From: the human T2T-CHM13v2.0 reference genome, Homo sapiens
Assembly: GCF_009914755.1 (NCBI RefSeq)
Contig: NC_060928.1
DNA: 64,000 nucleotides
Strand: one strand, 5' to 3'
Positions 41,566-56,547 of the stretch are shown here, in pieces. Each line of letters opens with the position of its first letter. The stretch's first letter is position 1. A program made the position numbers and the translations under genes. The notes under the pieces were generated by a model. That model did no database searches. It saw only the letters and a program-made list of their open reading frames with translations, and was not told the origin of the DNA.

Positions 41566-42629
41566 ATTGTTACTAAGACCAATAATATCTAATTGGAAGT
41601 CCACTTAAGGTTTGCAGAGAGCAATTTCTGAAATGAAAACAAAAATTTGGTAGATTTTATGGATAAAAAAGTTTAGGAAAAAACATAAAACCATTATCAA
41701 AAAATTAAAAACAAGAAAGAAACAGAAAGTTTGTTATTTTATGAGAAATTAACTAAATTTTCAATAAAATAAATGAAAGAAGATGAAGTTTAACTAAAGT
41801 CTCACTTGCCCTTTACTTAAAGTGTCACTTCTGATAAATTACTTACCATTGTTTTTGTATTTCCTTTTTGTAATTTTAAACATTGTATTATGTTTTTATG
41901 TTTTTTAAATAATTGATTGTACTCCTTCATGTAATCAATTCTTAAATTCAATTTTCATTGTACCACATAATTTTATTGCTCTGTTTGTTGTCAACCATGT
42001 ATAATTATTATTTTTTTTTGTTCATTGTTTAGGTAATTTTCTCCCATGGAGCATATAAAAGAAAATAAGAAGTAAAGTGTTGAAAATAACTGTAAACTAT
42101 AAAGTATATAAAGAAGAAAGATTTAAGTCAAAAATTTAAAGAGAAAACTCCTAGTATTTACTTAAGGAACATATGGTATGATAGAACCATGAAGTAATTA
42201 TTTCATGACTTTGTATTCTCACCATAAATGTGATAATTTTCAGTGTTATTATTGTTAATAGTCATCATCACCTTACATTAATTTGGACCTCCTTTGTATA
42301 GGTCAGTGTGCCAGGTCCAGGAAGAAAAAGTGATATTTCCTCTGAAATCAGGCTTGGAAGACAATTCTCCTGTGGTGATGTAAGCTACGTTTATTTTGCA
42401 GGATGCAAGAATAAATGTCAAGTTTTTCAATTCAAAATATGAAAGGACCAATCTAAATTAAATCTGGATGGAGGACACATATAAACCCATGTTAAAGGAG
42501 GCTCAGGGTAGAGATAAATTTTGAGAATATATTAAAAATTTCACAATTGGTATTTGTTTATAACATAGATAAGGAGATAAGAAATCCCTCTTTAAGAAAG
42601 TAGTCTCTTATGTTTGCATAGCAGTTCAT

Positions 42630-42825
42630 AGTTTCAAAGTCTTTATGCTTCTAATATTTTTTATGAGTCTCAGAGTAATCCTCTGAGGTGAACAAGACAG
42701 CCACTTTCCCCATGGATAATGTAGGGGCCAAAAAATGCAACTTGCTTATATCATGTATGTGACAGAAATGAGACCAGGCACTCACCTTTGATTCTCTTCA
42801 AATACATTTCTACTATATTATGCAG
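42630..42825 (-). mobile_element. MIR
   Basis: Degenerate MIR: tctcagagtaatcctctgaggtg. Confidence 0.5.
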
Positions 42826-43108
42826 CCACGTTATATTCTGTCTGGAAAAATAAGTGAAAAGTTGAACTATTTTACCTTTTAAGAGAAAGTAAGTGTGAGC
42901 CTTACACTTAAATATAAAATAAAACTAACCAGTATGATTTGGTGCTATATCGGTAGAAGAAAAACAAGAAATTTTGTTTTATGAAAACTTTTTAGAAAAC
43001 ATAAAGCATCAGAAGCTATCATTTATTAAGTGCCAACTATGAACCAGTTTCTCAATGTATATTATTTATTCTGTTTTAGAGATGAAGAAATATACTCAAT
43101 GTTTCTAC

Positions 43109-43530
43109 TGTATCAGTCAGGACTCTTAGTTTTAATCCTTGAAAATTACTCTGGCTAATTTAAAGAGATATTAGCAATTCTCCAAATCTCTGGGAGGGCC
43201 AGGGAAACTAGCTTAAAGGCTCGGCAGCCAGGACCTGTACCAGCATGGGAGCACACTTTGGAGACCCCACAGCATGGGATTCAAAGAGAGGCAATTCATA
43301 TACCCGGGAAGCCACCAATGGGTTCATTGCCATCTGTCTTTCTGCCATATTCTGCCATCTTCACCAGGAAATGAATTATTCATAGTGCCTTCTCTACTCC
43401 AAGTCAAAATCTCACAAAGCCACATCTTATTTATTAAGTCTAGGTCACATAACAGACTTCCTTTTCTTTTTTTTTTTTTTTTTTGGTAAAAGTGGTACTT
43501 ACAACATGGTAAATTCCCTAAAAAAACCCC
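43109..43530 (-). mobile_element. Ancient MLT1 (L-N type) LTR
   Basis: tgtatcagtcaggactcttagtt...actctggctaatttaaag; aagtctaggtcacat. Confidence 0.6.
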
Positions 43531-43584
43531 CTCTGTTTAAAAGTGGTTGAGTGCCATAAAGATAATACATGTTCACTATACAAC

Positions 43585-44100
43585 TGTGGGAGATTTCCAA
43601 AACAGCTACACATTCTTCCTTCCTTTACAAATACTCGGGCCTTTACAATGTGAGTGTTGCAGCTCTTCCCATCAAAACATAGTCTCTCTTCCTGAACCAT
43701 GAATTTGGCAGATGTTGTGACCTGTTTGAACAACTCAATGAGGTAGAAATGATACTGTGCTGGTTGCCAGCCTGCGCCTCAGAGGCCGTCTGCTCTTCTG
43801 CTGTTCCTCTGAGAGCCCTGCTGCACCCGTGAGAACAATTCTAGGCTAACATACTGAAGAATGCAGTTCAAGTGAAAGAGACAGTGTCGTCCCAGCCAAA
43901 GCACAAACACAGGGGAGCAAGCAAGACCCCCCCCGCCAGGCAACCTGCAGTTGACCACAGATGCATGAGTAAGCTCCATCAAACATGCAACTGGGCTATG
44001 CCAGAAGAACAACTCCACCAACTTGCAAAACTTATCTGCTTAATGTTGTAAGCTACTAAAATGTGGGGTGGTTTGTATGCAGCAAATATCTGACAAATTT
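43585..44100 (+). mobile_element. MLT1H-type LTR
   Basis: ttgcagctcttcccatcaa...taagctactaaaatgtggggtggtttgtatgcagcaa. Confidence 0.8.
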
Positions 44101-45623
44101 ACAAAAAAGTCATTCTCACAAGCATTTTTGTGCATAACCAGCTTCACGTACATGAAATTCTTTTGGAAGGTAGGTGTGGGTGAGGTGAACTTTTTAGACC
44201 ACACTACAACCAATTTGCATGACTTCAAGTGCTCCAGTGGCACTCTGCACAGAGGGGCTTATCGTTCCACTGTGCACATGATTGCCTTGAGGGATAGCCA
44301 AAAAGGGATTTTCTTCATATGGCTTCAAGTTACTCTAATGCCAATATAGCTTTTATCACAGCCTGCCAATGTAAATAGATATATTTATTTCCTATTCTCA
44401 TTTAACTACACATATTGTGAATTGCAGTGTTATTTTCTTATCTGAATAGCCCCTCAATAGCTGTTTATTATAATATTTGCCATATAGTCACCTCCCTCTG
44501 ACAGCAGGGTAATACAGCTTAATGAAATATTTGTAAAGCCCAATGAACTGCACAGAAGAAATATGCTTTTAAGTTCTAAATTATGTTGCTCACTAACACC
44601 ATTAATAACATATTCTCCTCATATCTGTGTAGCTTGTGACTTTACTCAACCAACCACACACGTTGTAGTCACACCAAATGAAATGTTAGGTCTGTGAATG
44701 ATTCTCATGCAGACAAATTGTTGAGGCATGACACATTGTTGAAGCTGTGCTCAACCAGTTTGGGAATTAATAGAGAGAAGATTGCAAATTGCTGAAACCT
44801 TTTCTAGTAATATTTCTTGTCTCTATGATGATCATCATACTTCAACACCTTTTTTTCCCCTGGAAATGTTTAGACATTATTATTTAATTGCATCTCATTA
44901 TTAATTAAAGTATCTCTAAATTTTCCTCAGACTCTGTCGTATCTGAGACCATGCTGTGCCAACAAATCATACATTGTTAAAGTTAAAAGGAACTTTTAAA
45001 GTAATACATAGGAAATGTTTAATATAATGCCTCATAAGTAGTAATTAGCTAATAAACATTAGTTGTTATTATTGTTGCTTTCTACTATTCATATTAAACC
45101 TCTCGACAGAAAAAGGAGAAAAATGAAGTTTCTACTAAAATGTTGCCAGTAACATGTTTAGTAGCTTACAACTTTAAGCCGATCAAACCTTGCCTTTTGT
45201 CATTTGAAAAATATGGTCAAGTGCCTCCTATATTTACATATAGGGAATATGGACAAAATCCGAGATGGAGTTCTTGCGCTTCACCTACTGACAGTTTATT
45301 GACACCAGCACCTATCCATGTGTAAATGTGTGCTGTGGCCTTCAACTTGCCTTCTCACTTAGGTCAGCCCATATCTGTCTAGTCTTGGTTATAATCAGTG
45401 TTCTGATTGGGAGGCATGGGATATACTAGAAAAGGCAGAAAATGGAAGAACTGAATTACTCTGTAAGATGAAGGAGGAAGGATTTTGAAGTCCCCTGTGG
45501 AAAATCTGGGAATAAGAAAGGGGATGAAAGAGGAAGGAAAGAGATCAGGAGAAAAATGAAGGAGACAGGAGGAAGGAAGAGAGGAGGAAGGGAGAAGTTA
45601 GTAGTGCTAAGTGCTTTTTGTGA

Positions 45624-45814
45624 TAGGGTTGCTAGGTAAAATATAGGATGTCCAGGTAAATTGGAGTTTCAGATAAAACATGAATATTTTTATATGTCTC
45701 TAATAGTGCATGGGTATCAAACAATCAGTTAATCAATCAATAAATTCCCTGTTTCACTAAAATCAAATTTAACTGAGCATTCAGTATTTCTATTTGCTAA
45801 ATCTTGCAGCCTTA
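45624..45814. mobile_element. MER53 hAT-type MITE
   Basis: tagggttgctaggtaaaatatagga...tttgctaaatcttgcagcctta, quasi-palindromic. Confidence 0.85.
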
Positions 45815-45949
45815 TCTTGGGGATACAGACAGAAAGAGAAAGCATGTATACAAATTAAACCTATATATTATGGGATGTAAGAGATTAATCTCCCCTTCTT
45901 CTCCTCTGCAGAGGTTGTAGATCTCTTCTCTGACTTTTTTGTCTCCTTT

Positions 45950-46730
45950 AGCTGCTCATTCTTGATTATTCCATTAGTCTCTACTTGGGTTCCTCAAAGG
46001 TACCTTAAGCAGAAGACATCTAAAACAAAACTCTTGACTTTGCCATTCCAGTCTCTGCTACGTCATTCTGGAGAAATCACCTGCCAACCCCCTGCTTAAA
46101 ATAGCTTCCTTGCCTCCACTGTTCCCTATGTCATCATGGTGTTTTATTTCCTCTACAAAATGGTATAATCTAAACAATTTATTTGTTTGCATACTTATTT
46201 CTGGTCTGTGTGCTCTCACTAAAATGTAAGCTCTATGAAAACAGGGAACTTGAAAATTTGCTTTACTCTACTATCTTAGTACTTAACACAGCTGTGCTTC
46301 ACAAATCAAAATTTAGTAAATGTGGAGTAAATTGATGAATAAATAATCTACTCCCTAAACTTAGTTCTCTGGCACCATTTTATGTCTCAGAGAATGGCAT
46401 TACCAAGTATCTAATTTTGTAATCGCCGTAAATGTAATAGTCCTTCATGAAATCTTTGAGGCCCCAAGGTCCATATCCAAACAGTCACATTCATTTCTAA
46501 ATTTTATCTATTACCTTTTATGTGTTTTTAAAATCAGCCAGATTCTTTCTATTTCCACAACAATTACCTTGGCTCAGATACTATCAACTCTACCCAGAAC
46601 TTTTCTACAGTCTCTTGTGAGTATATATTTGGTGAGTAAATACTTACTTTTGTCTCCTTCTGAAGAGTTTCCACACTACAGTGGAATAATTTTATGGAAA
46701 AGCTAACTTGGCCATGTCACTCCCACTCCA
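45950..46730 (+). mobile_element. L2 fragments (one L2 tail nested in another L2)
   Basis: L2 body motifs; tail tgtaagctctatg...ttgatgaataaat at about 46225-46345. Confidence 0.65.
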
Positions 46731-46894
46731 CCCCATTCCCACCCTTCAATAAAGAGAATTCAAGGTGAATATTTTTAAATAAATAAATAAACAAAGAAAC
46801 AAACAAGTAAATAAAGACCTACGTTAGCCATTGAAAATTTGGCCTAAAAAATCCCCAACCTCAACAAGCACCATTTTGCTGCTCCATGTTTTAG

Positions 46895-46901
<7 letters not shown>

Positions 46902-46939
<38 letters not shown>
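46902..46939. repeat. (CT)n microsatellite
   Basis: Directly visible. Confidence 0.97.
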
Positions 46940-46942
<3 letters not shown>

Positions 46943-47207
46943 CTCTTTTGTTGTTGTTGGATGTTGGATCTTAAATGCATGCAACTGAATTTTTTTATTT
47001 GAACTCTGGTTTTTAATACATCATCATTTTTGGTTCATGAATAGTCCTCCGTTTTTATATTTTTTAATCTTTAACATAGTAAGCTTTTTCTAATCCATTA
47101 TCTAACTCAGGATTTAGAACACGAATGCATCTTACATCTTAATGAGCTCATTCCCCATCCCGCCATTTATCAACTCCAGCAACCAGAGGTAGCCACTATC
47201 ATAAAAC

Positions 47208-47210
<3 letters not shown>

Positions 47211-47248
<38 letters not shown>
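47211..47248. repeat. (GT)n microsatellite
   Basis: Directly visible. Confidence 0.97.
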
Positions 47249-47249
<1 letters not shown>

Positions 47250-47258
47250 GTACTTGTT

Positions 47259-47355
47259 GGTCAAATCTGGCCTGAGGACTGTCCTTTTATAGCCAGTGAG
47301 CTAATCATGATTTTTACACTTTTAATGTGGTGTGAAAAGAAACAAAGAAGAATTT
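47259..47355. mobile_element. MER58B-like hAT-Charlie fragment
   Basis: ggtcaaatctggcc...gtgagctaatcatgatttttacacttttaa. Confidence 0.6.
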
Positions 47356-47579
47356 TCTGTACGGGAATAATTGTTTTTAACTAAATAATATATTAATAAA
47401 GCCCATTCACATTCCTGCAGATAGCTGTAGATCATTCATTTTGACTGCTATATAATGTTTCATTGAGAATTTATTACACTTTATTCATTTCCATTCACTG
47501 TCTTTAAGTCATCTTTCAGTTTTTCAGTCAAACTATGGATTATTCCAACATATACATCAGCTCTTTCTTAAAATTGTTA

Positions 47580-47868
47580 AGTTGGACTCATTTCCTTGGA
47601 TCTTAGCTAAATCTTCACTTCTCAAGGAAGCATTTTTTGCTTCCTCTGACCACATTAATTATCCTCATTGAAAATGTGTGTACTTCTCCATTAGAATAAT
47701 TTTTTATGGGTTTAACTTCTTGATTATTCCATTAGTCTTTCTCCTCCATTATAATTTCCATCAGGGCAAAGCTCATGACTTTTTGTTTGTTTGTTTTTAT
47801 CCCCAGCATCTAAAGCAGTGGTTGGCACTTAGTGGATGCCAAATAAATATTTGTTAACTGAATTAATG
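47580..47868 (+). mobile_element. L2 3' end
   Basis: ggcacttagtggatgccaaataaatatttgttaactgaattaatg. Confidence 0.75.
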
Positions 47869-48475
47869 CAGTGAATATTGCTCACTAATATATTTTTGCG
47901 TGTGTGTGAATAAATTATCCAAAGACAATTGAAAGCATTATGGAATGCTGTACCTAGATAGAAGTGAGAACAGAAACAGATGGAATAAATGAAAGAGTAT
48001 GAAAATGAGAAAACAACTGACATCTGAGTTATGTCTAAAGCTAACTACAATACAAGAGACAAGGACCATAAAGCCCAATGGGGTCACAGATGGAACAGCA
48101 ATTCTCTCTTGTTAGGTTGGCAAATACTCATACATTTGATCAGTCCAAATGTTGAGACTGAAAAAGTTAAGTAGAATTTACCTCCTCTGAATTTTTTATT
48201 TGAAATATGAGAGGACTAGATGAAATTATTTCTAAAGTGGTTTTTGGAGCTTATGTTTTATGCTTTTATGTTTTACACACATATTAATTTATTTACAATA
48301 ACACTGATTCTCCATCTTAATCAGTATCTTCTCATGGGTAACACAGTTCTATCAATGAACTTGTATGTGGTATGAGTGTACGCAACACCACCTAGACGCC
48401 AGTACCTGCCGTTCTGACTGTTTGCCAGCAGGAAGACGCTAACATAAGGCAATCTTGTTCTTAACAGTGTTTCCT

Positions 48476-48816
<341 letters not shown>

Positions 48817-49848
48817 TTATTATCATTGCCATTTCAGATTAATATCGACTTTTTTAATTTTAAGACTACGTATTCTATCTTAATTTTTATTTTATTTTTT
48901 TAATGAATAGTATCCATAGGCATGTATTATGGAGCATCCTATGACTTCCTACCTGGTTGCATTGGCTAAAGATTCCTCTTAAAAACCACAGAACAATGTT
49001 TTCTTGGTTCTTAGTAGCAGAAGTCATTGATTTTGATTAACTGTTTTGCAAGCCAGTTGCGAACCTCTGCTTTGTCTTTGTTTTATTCTGCTTATTTATC
49101 ACCAATCTATGTTGGGTCCCTTCACGATTTAGCCACAGTTAGAGTGAGATTTCTCTCTTCATCCCCTTCAAGAGAAAGAGACCTCCTGTGTTTAAAAAGA
49201 AGCAAACATAAAACAGCTTTATAGGCACTCTTATTTCAGAAGATGTTTGGGAATATATATGTATCCTCAAAATACTGATTGTATATATAAAATCAGCATT
49301 AAACAAAATCAACTCCACTTATAAAATCCTCTTTGAGCCTCTCACTTATAAGGTTTATCACCATGTCTGCTTTTGTAAGGTACTAAGTTCCTGAAAGGTG
49401 TACTGACTGTCAGGCACATTGTCACAAAGGGGATGTGGTGTGAGTGCCTTCATCTGCCACTTACGTTATGTTCAGTGAGTTTACATGCAGTTACCTTATC
49501 TTACCACAAGATGGTGGTAAAAACAGTAAGGCATTCAATGTGCACCTGGGTGGGAAACCACAGAAAGAACACAAAGAAGTGAAGTTTAGGGTTTTATTGG
49601 ACACAACATAATCAATAAATTAGTAAAATAGGGAAACAGAAAATTCTTGAACTCAAAATTATGAGATATTTTCTCATTTTCATTTGAGTTCCTCTACTGA
49701 ACGCTATAAATATTCTTACTTTCAAACTTAATTGCCAATTGGGCTTTCAAAAATTATATTGAAATGATACTTAATTTTTCTATTTTCTTGATTTGTATAA
49801 TTGTATCATTACATCTGAGAAAATATTCTAGAATACAGGCTTTGTGGG

Positions 49849-50207
49849 TGTATTAGTCTGTTCTCACGCTGCTAATACCTGAGACTGGGTAATTTATAAA
49901 GAGTTTTAATTGACTCACACACAGTTCCACATGGCTAGGGAAGTCTCACAATAATGGCAGAAGGCGAATGAGGAGAAAATCAAGTCTTATATGGCAACAG
50001 GCGAGAGAGCTTGCGAAGAGGAACTTCCCTTTATAAAACCATCAGATCTCATAAGACTTATTCACTATGACGAGAACAGGGTGGGGAAAGACCCACCCCC
50101 GTGATTCAATTACCTCCCACTAGGTCCCTCCCACGACACATGAGGATTATGGGAGCTACAGTTCAACGTGAGATTTGGGTGGGGACACACACAGCCAAAC
50201 CATATCA
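49849..50207 (-). mobile_element. THE1B/C MaLR solo LTR
   Basis: tgtattagtctgttctcacgctgc...cagccaaaccatatca; perfect TSD gtggg. Confidence 0.93.
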
Positions 50208-51093
50208 GTGGGTTATGTTATTTAATTGCTAATATGTCTGTATACTATATTCCCAACTTAAAGTTTCCAGAAACTGAATTATTACTTTTTTGTATCCCCC
50301 ACAAGAACTATTACTCACAGATAAACAGCCAGTGTTGCATAAATGCATAGTGCTCTGAATCTTATTCAAATCTTCAACAAATTATGCAGTCTGCTTTTAA
50401 CAGGTCATCTGACTCTGAAGCATTTTGACTATTTTTATTCCAGGAAATCTACAGACCAGCACATTTAAGAAAATTAGCAGAACCAATTTGGGAAGCAAAA
50501 ACCTTATTGTTTCCTCAAAGACTCTTGAGGCACAGCATACGATAATCTGTTGAGTTTTCCCCTGGAGTATATCAAGGACTCTTCTCTCTTAACTGTTGTT
50601 TAACTCTAGGCCTCATTGTTGTTGTGTTTTGCAACTTTCTCACTTTTCAATCGTCAGTTTTGCTTTCTGCGGTGGGTGGTCTTAGCAGAGTATAATAATT
50701 ATGAATTCCCTCTCACATCGTTTCTTCATGTCTTCTGATATATCTCTACCACAAGTTGTTATGAAAGTAGGAGGTGAGTGGGTGAGTTTATAATGAGTAT
50801 CATCTGTAGCCCCATACGTTCCTGGATAACATGTAGGACAAAGACAGATCTTCTTTTGAGATTCCAAATAATTAAGAAAATAGCAACTTGCACTGTGATA
50901 AGCCACTTTTCACCCAGGATGTTTGAGAAAAAAATGTTTTGCTTGTACATTTCCTTTCTTTGGTTAAAACTTCCTCCTTCCCGATTTCATAAAATAACAG
51001 TTAAAACAATGAAATGTAAGCATATGTTTCCTTCATGAGGCTCTAAATATTTAAAGGCAATTACTTGAAAATTCGTATCCCTATTGTCTAGAC

Positions 51094-51318
51094 CAGGAGT
51101 TGGCAAATTAAAGCCCCACAGGCCTACTTTCTCCTACTGCCAGTTTTTGTAAATAACACTTTATTGGAACCCAGCCATGCCCATTTATTAATTATTGTCT
51201 ATGATTATTTTTTGCACTACAATGGCAGAAGTGAGTAGTTGTGACAGAAATCATATGGGTTGCAGAGCTTAAATATATTTCTTCTTTAGCCCTTCACAGA
51301 AAAAGTTTGCCAATACAG
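51094..51318. mobile_element. MER58A hAT-Charlie MITE
   Basis: caggagttggcaaa...gaaaaagtttgcca; left flank gtctagac is a typical Charlie target. Confidence 0.88.
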
Positions 51319-51729
51319 ATTTGGTGCTTGAAAAATTTTTGTTGAATAAATGGAATAATGGAGACTATCACCTATACTGATGTCTGATGCTAAATAAAAA
51401 AATGCTGTTTGTTAAGATTACATTCTTGCTTAAATTATGAGTCAAGAGATAATGAATGACTTATCTAGTGAGAATACACAATGAAATACTTTACTTGATT
51501 TAGTCAGTTTATTGAAACAACTGATTGTAGTACCTTTTTTTTTTTGGTAGTTTGTTTTGGAAATTGAAATATCTGAGTCTTAATTAACTTATTAAATTAT
51601 TGGTTCATTTTTGTATTATATGAACTAAGTGGTCCATCATATAGAAATGTGCTACACAGGCTATTAGTTGCAAGAAGAAATAGTAACAATTTCTTGACAT
51701 AAAAATACCATAATCAAGTGAGATCGTTT

Positions 51730-52597
51730 TTTTTTTAACAAATTTTAATTTTTAGAGCATTTTTAAGTTCACAGAAAAATTGAGAGGCAGGCAATACAGA
51801 GAGTTCCTTGGTCCTCTGAACACACACAGAGCCTCCCCAACTGTCGACAACCCCCACCAGAGTGGTACGGTTGTTATGATTAATGAACCCAGATGGACAC
51901 ATCATCATCACCCAAAGTCCATAGTTTACATTAGGGTTTACTCTTACTGTTTATTCTATGGATTTTGACAAATGTACAATAACATGTCTTCACCATTGTA
52001 GTAGTATACAGAATAGTTTCACTGCCCCCCAAATCCTCTGTGCACTGCCAATTCATTCTTCTTTCCCTTCTGACCTCTGAAGAGCACGGAACTTTTTACC
52101 ATTTCCATAGTTTTGTCTTTCCCAGAATGTCATATATTTGGAATCACACAGTATGCAGACTTTTCAAATTGGTTTCTTTCACTGTGCAATATGCTTTGAA
52201 GTTTTCCACCATGTGTCTTTGTGCTTGAAAGCTCATTTCTTTTTGTCAGTGAATAATATTTCATTGTCCAGATGTAGCACAGTTTGTCCATTCACCTACT
52301 GAAAGACATCTTGGTCACCTTCAAGTTTTGGCAATTATGAACAAGTTGCTATAAACATCCACATGCAGGATTTTTTGTGGACACAAATTTCAACTTATTT
52401 TTATAAATACCCAGGAGTGTGGTGGCTGGATAGTAGAGTACATTTAATTTCATAAGAAACTGCCAAACTGTCTTCCAAAATGGCTATACTACTTTACATT
52501 TCATCCAGCAATGAATGAGCATTCCTGTTGCTCCACGTTATCACCAGCATTTAGTGTTGTCAGTGTTTTGCATTTTCACCATTCTACTAGGTGTGGT
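51730..52597 (-). mobile_element. L1MC-type LINE-1 3' end
   Basis: catcacccaaagtccatagtttacattagggtt; aagaaactgccaaactgtcttccaaa. Confidence 0.88.
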
Positions 52598-53996
52598 TAC
52601 ATTTTTAACCACAAGAATTTGTAATGCTTTCAAAGTTTTAAAAACAGGTTTTAATATTTGGGGATGTGGTAGCATATACAACATTTCTCAAAACAAATTG
52701 ATCATTGAAACATTTTATTGGGGGAGAGCCTATGAAATAAATATTCCTGCGGAGCTGCTGACAGCATTTTTTTTTTTTATCTCTGGTACCTAGCCTAGCA
52801 TAATGCCTGACACACAGCAGCTGTCTGTGGAATAAATGAATGCTTGAGTTTGGAGCTCATAGAGAGATCTGGCTTGGCTGGAACCTGAGTGAATTCAGAC
52901 ATAATGGGATAATCTTGGGCCTACTTACAGAAAAAGAAGCCAGCACTCTCATGCAAGAAAGCCCCCAGACTTAAGAAGCTATTATATGAATGTTCTATTT
53001 TAATGGGATAGGTTAATTAAATGGTTAATTCTAGCATTAAAATAGAAATAGATATATGAGACCAATTAATTGCTTTTTTATGAGCTTTTAAAATTTTATA
53101 TATTTGGCCGATACCTCACAATAATTCAGTATTCTTTGGCAGCCAGTAGTTGCTGATGGCAATTTTCTTTGTCAGAACTGTTATCAAACTGTGCTATTAA
53201 AAGAGATTGATTTGGTGAGATCTGGGTAGATCTGTAACAAAAAAGCAAGCAGTCCAAGCTGTTGTCTAACATACAGGAATTTGGATAGATTTTTCTGTAT
53301 CCTCTTGGCTTGAGCTGTGGTTTATCATATTTTAAATGTGGTCCGAGCAAGCTTCTCCAAATGTGTCTCATACAATTATACATTTAAGCCAACATTTTAT
53401 TTTGAAAAGAATGTTTATATAACTTTGTGTTTGGCTTCATATATTTATTTAATATACAATTTCTGTTGACATTTTCTCAGTTCTTATTCTAAATAGCAAA
53501 TTTATGTTATTCCATTTTACAAATGAAGAATCTAAATTCTGGAGCAGTTTTCAATGCAGTTTTAACAATAATAGTATGAAGTAGAATAGCATTTAAGAAC
53601 TTGATTATTAACCTTTCATTTAGGTCAAATTTGTTTGATGATTCAATTTATTTAAAAAAGTTTGTATGTAGCTTTTTATACTTTATGATAAACATTATGA
53701 TAATTTCCCTTTTTCGATGTTTAAACATTCTGAAATGATTTAGGCTTTTTTTCTTGCTCAGGTTAAGAGGGTTATGAAAGCACTTATTTCTACTTAAAAA
53801 AGTTCAAAAATATGCCAAACATGGTAAAGAGTAAGCAAATTTTTGAAATTTAGCAACTGCTGCTGAAATGTAAATTTCTATGAATTCAATTTTAATTATC
53901 ATGATTCTTATTACATTAATAAAGAATATTCAGACGTTTTCATGTGAATGGAAAAATTCTTAGAATCTGAAAACATAAAATATTCACTGGATATAA

Positions 53997-54321
<325 letters not shown>

Positions 54322-56547
54322 GTGATTTGTTAATCTCTTTTTTTTAGAACACTTGATCTGTTTTTTTCAAGGGAAACACTATAAATGATTGTTTTGGATT
54401 GAACTTGTTCCACTAACCTATAAATAACAAGTCACCCTGAAAAACGTGCCTGGGAATAAAGCAAAAGAGGTAGAGATAAGACTATTGGTAAAGGGCTCTC
54501 TGTGTCATGATACAATATGAAAAACATGTTGTAGGAAATGGGGATCACTAAACATTGCCAAGAGAACTGGACAAGTTTGGCTTGTGTTTTTAACATACAT
54601 CTGTGTAAAGAATGTCTCGTGTATGCAAGGCTGAAGTTGTTAGGAAACTATCGCAGTTTAGGAAATTTCACAAGCGCTTGAACCAGATTATAATTCAAGG
54701 GATAAACAATGATGAGGGAGTTTCCAAATGGTTAGCAAGAAAGCAAGCAATAGGTGAGGAAGAGTAGTTTCTAAGGAAGAAGGTAGTAGAAGAGCGCAAG
54801 AAGAGTGAATAATTAAAGGAACTGGACTGTAAGTAGCCAAGATAGGGAAAATGGATATGGAAAGGAAAAACTGAGGTAGCACTCTGCAGTGAGGAAGAAT
54901 AAAGGAAGTTGTGGGGAAGAAACACTGAATCAAGAAGTTCTCCCATCATGTTGGAGCAAACGACTATATAATTGAGTCATGATTACACATTGTGATGTAT
55001 AGTTGCTAGCTCTATGATTGTGAGCTAGACATTTGAGTCAAAGGAGTGTCTGTACAAACGCTATATCATTAAGAAGAATTTAAAGTGATTCAGATATATA
55101 AGTATATGACTGTTATTCAGATACATAAGTATAATTATGGAAAAAACATCTAGCTCTATATAGAGAAGTTCTTTTAGTTCTTGCTATATGAACTTGCTTA
55201 ATAATGTAATTATATGATTCTCATACACTGTATCTAAGAACTTAGTCAGTTTAGAAACACGACTTAACAAGAATCTGAAGAAATATGGCTCCATGCCCAA
55301 TTTAGGACTCACTGTTAAGCCATGGCATTGTTAATAAGATACCATATGGTGGGGTTTGGCTTTTCTCACATTTAAGTGAACTGATTAATACATTTTTTTG
55401 ATGGTAAGTTAAGCTGAAGATAACCACTTATTTTCTCGTCTTCTTATTAAAAATAATGAAACAAAGGCAGATTTCAGTTACTTTTTACAGATAGTCTCAG
55501 TTTGGGTTCTTGTTCAGTTAATTTTTATTTACCTGGGCTCATGGGTTGGAGGGATTTGGGAAAATAATAAAAGAAGACAAACACAAAGACTTATGTACTG
55601 AGTCCCTTATCTGACCCAACTGTGAATTCCTTTGAAGCTATGTATGCAAAGTACTTTCTGGGACCTGAGCTTAACTGAACAGCAAAAGAGACACAGTCCT
55701 TGATAATATACTCAGAGATGAATTGATTTTGTACTCATAGGCAACTGTTCACACACTGACTCAGCTAAAGTTAGTTTACATTCTCAAATGTCAGGCTAAC
55801 TGGGACCCTAAGCCTTCTGGATCTACAGCAGGTCTAACTATGGTTCTCATGCCCAGTAACAATCTAAAACCAAACAGTAATGATTATAAGAGCAACATGG
55901 AAAATTTATCTCTTGTGGAGGTATATTAAATCTTTTTGTACTATTACACATCTTTCTTCTGGGTTTTTCTAAATTAGTATTTTATTACTGTGGTATTTCT
56001 GCCTCACTTTGGCAGTCATATTAATGATCTTTATGACACTATTTTACTAATATTCACTCAGAAAATTAGTCATTTACTACTATTTAAGAAATTATGACAA
56101 TAAATTTAACATATATTAAAAGCATTCCTATTAAAAACAGTGTTTTACAGAAGTTAAACACAAATTTTAGGATAAAATTAAAATAATAAAATTCAGCACA
56201 GCAAAAGAGTGTAATTTTATTTTCTATATGAGTATTGTATATTTTAAATGAAGACACTGATTATAAAAATGTATGCTATGCATGGTAAAATGAAATGTAT
56301 TAGAATTAAAGACAGAAACTTTAAAAATCTTTTTTCTATATAATTTTTTTCTATACAATTTTAATAACATTTTTAAATGCTTACAGTTAATGTTATTGAA
56401 AAAGAATTTCATAATCCAAATTTGTTGTTGAGTATACATGTCTATAAACTCACAGAAAAAACAGAAGAGCACTCAGCAAGATGTTGACAGTGCCATTTTT
56501 GTGCTATTTGAATTTTCTATGTTTTTTACAGTCTGTATTTTATCATC

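Noticed and set aside
44485-44590. Possible ancient amniote SINE tail in unique sequence
   Set aside because: Similarity too weak to call by eye; needs an nhmmer search against Dfam
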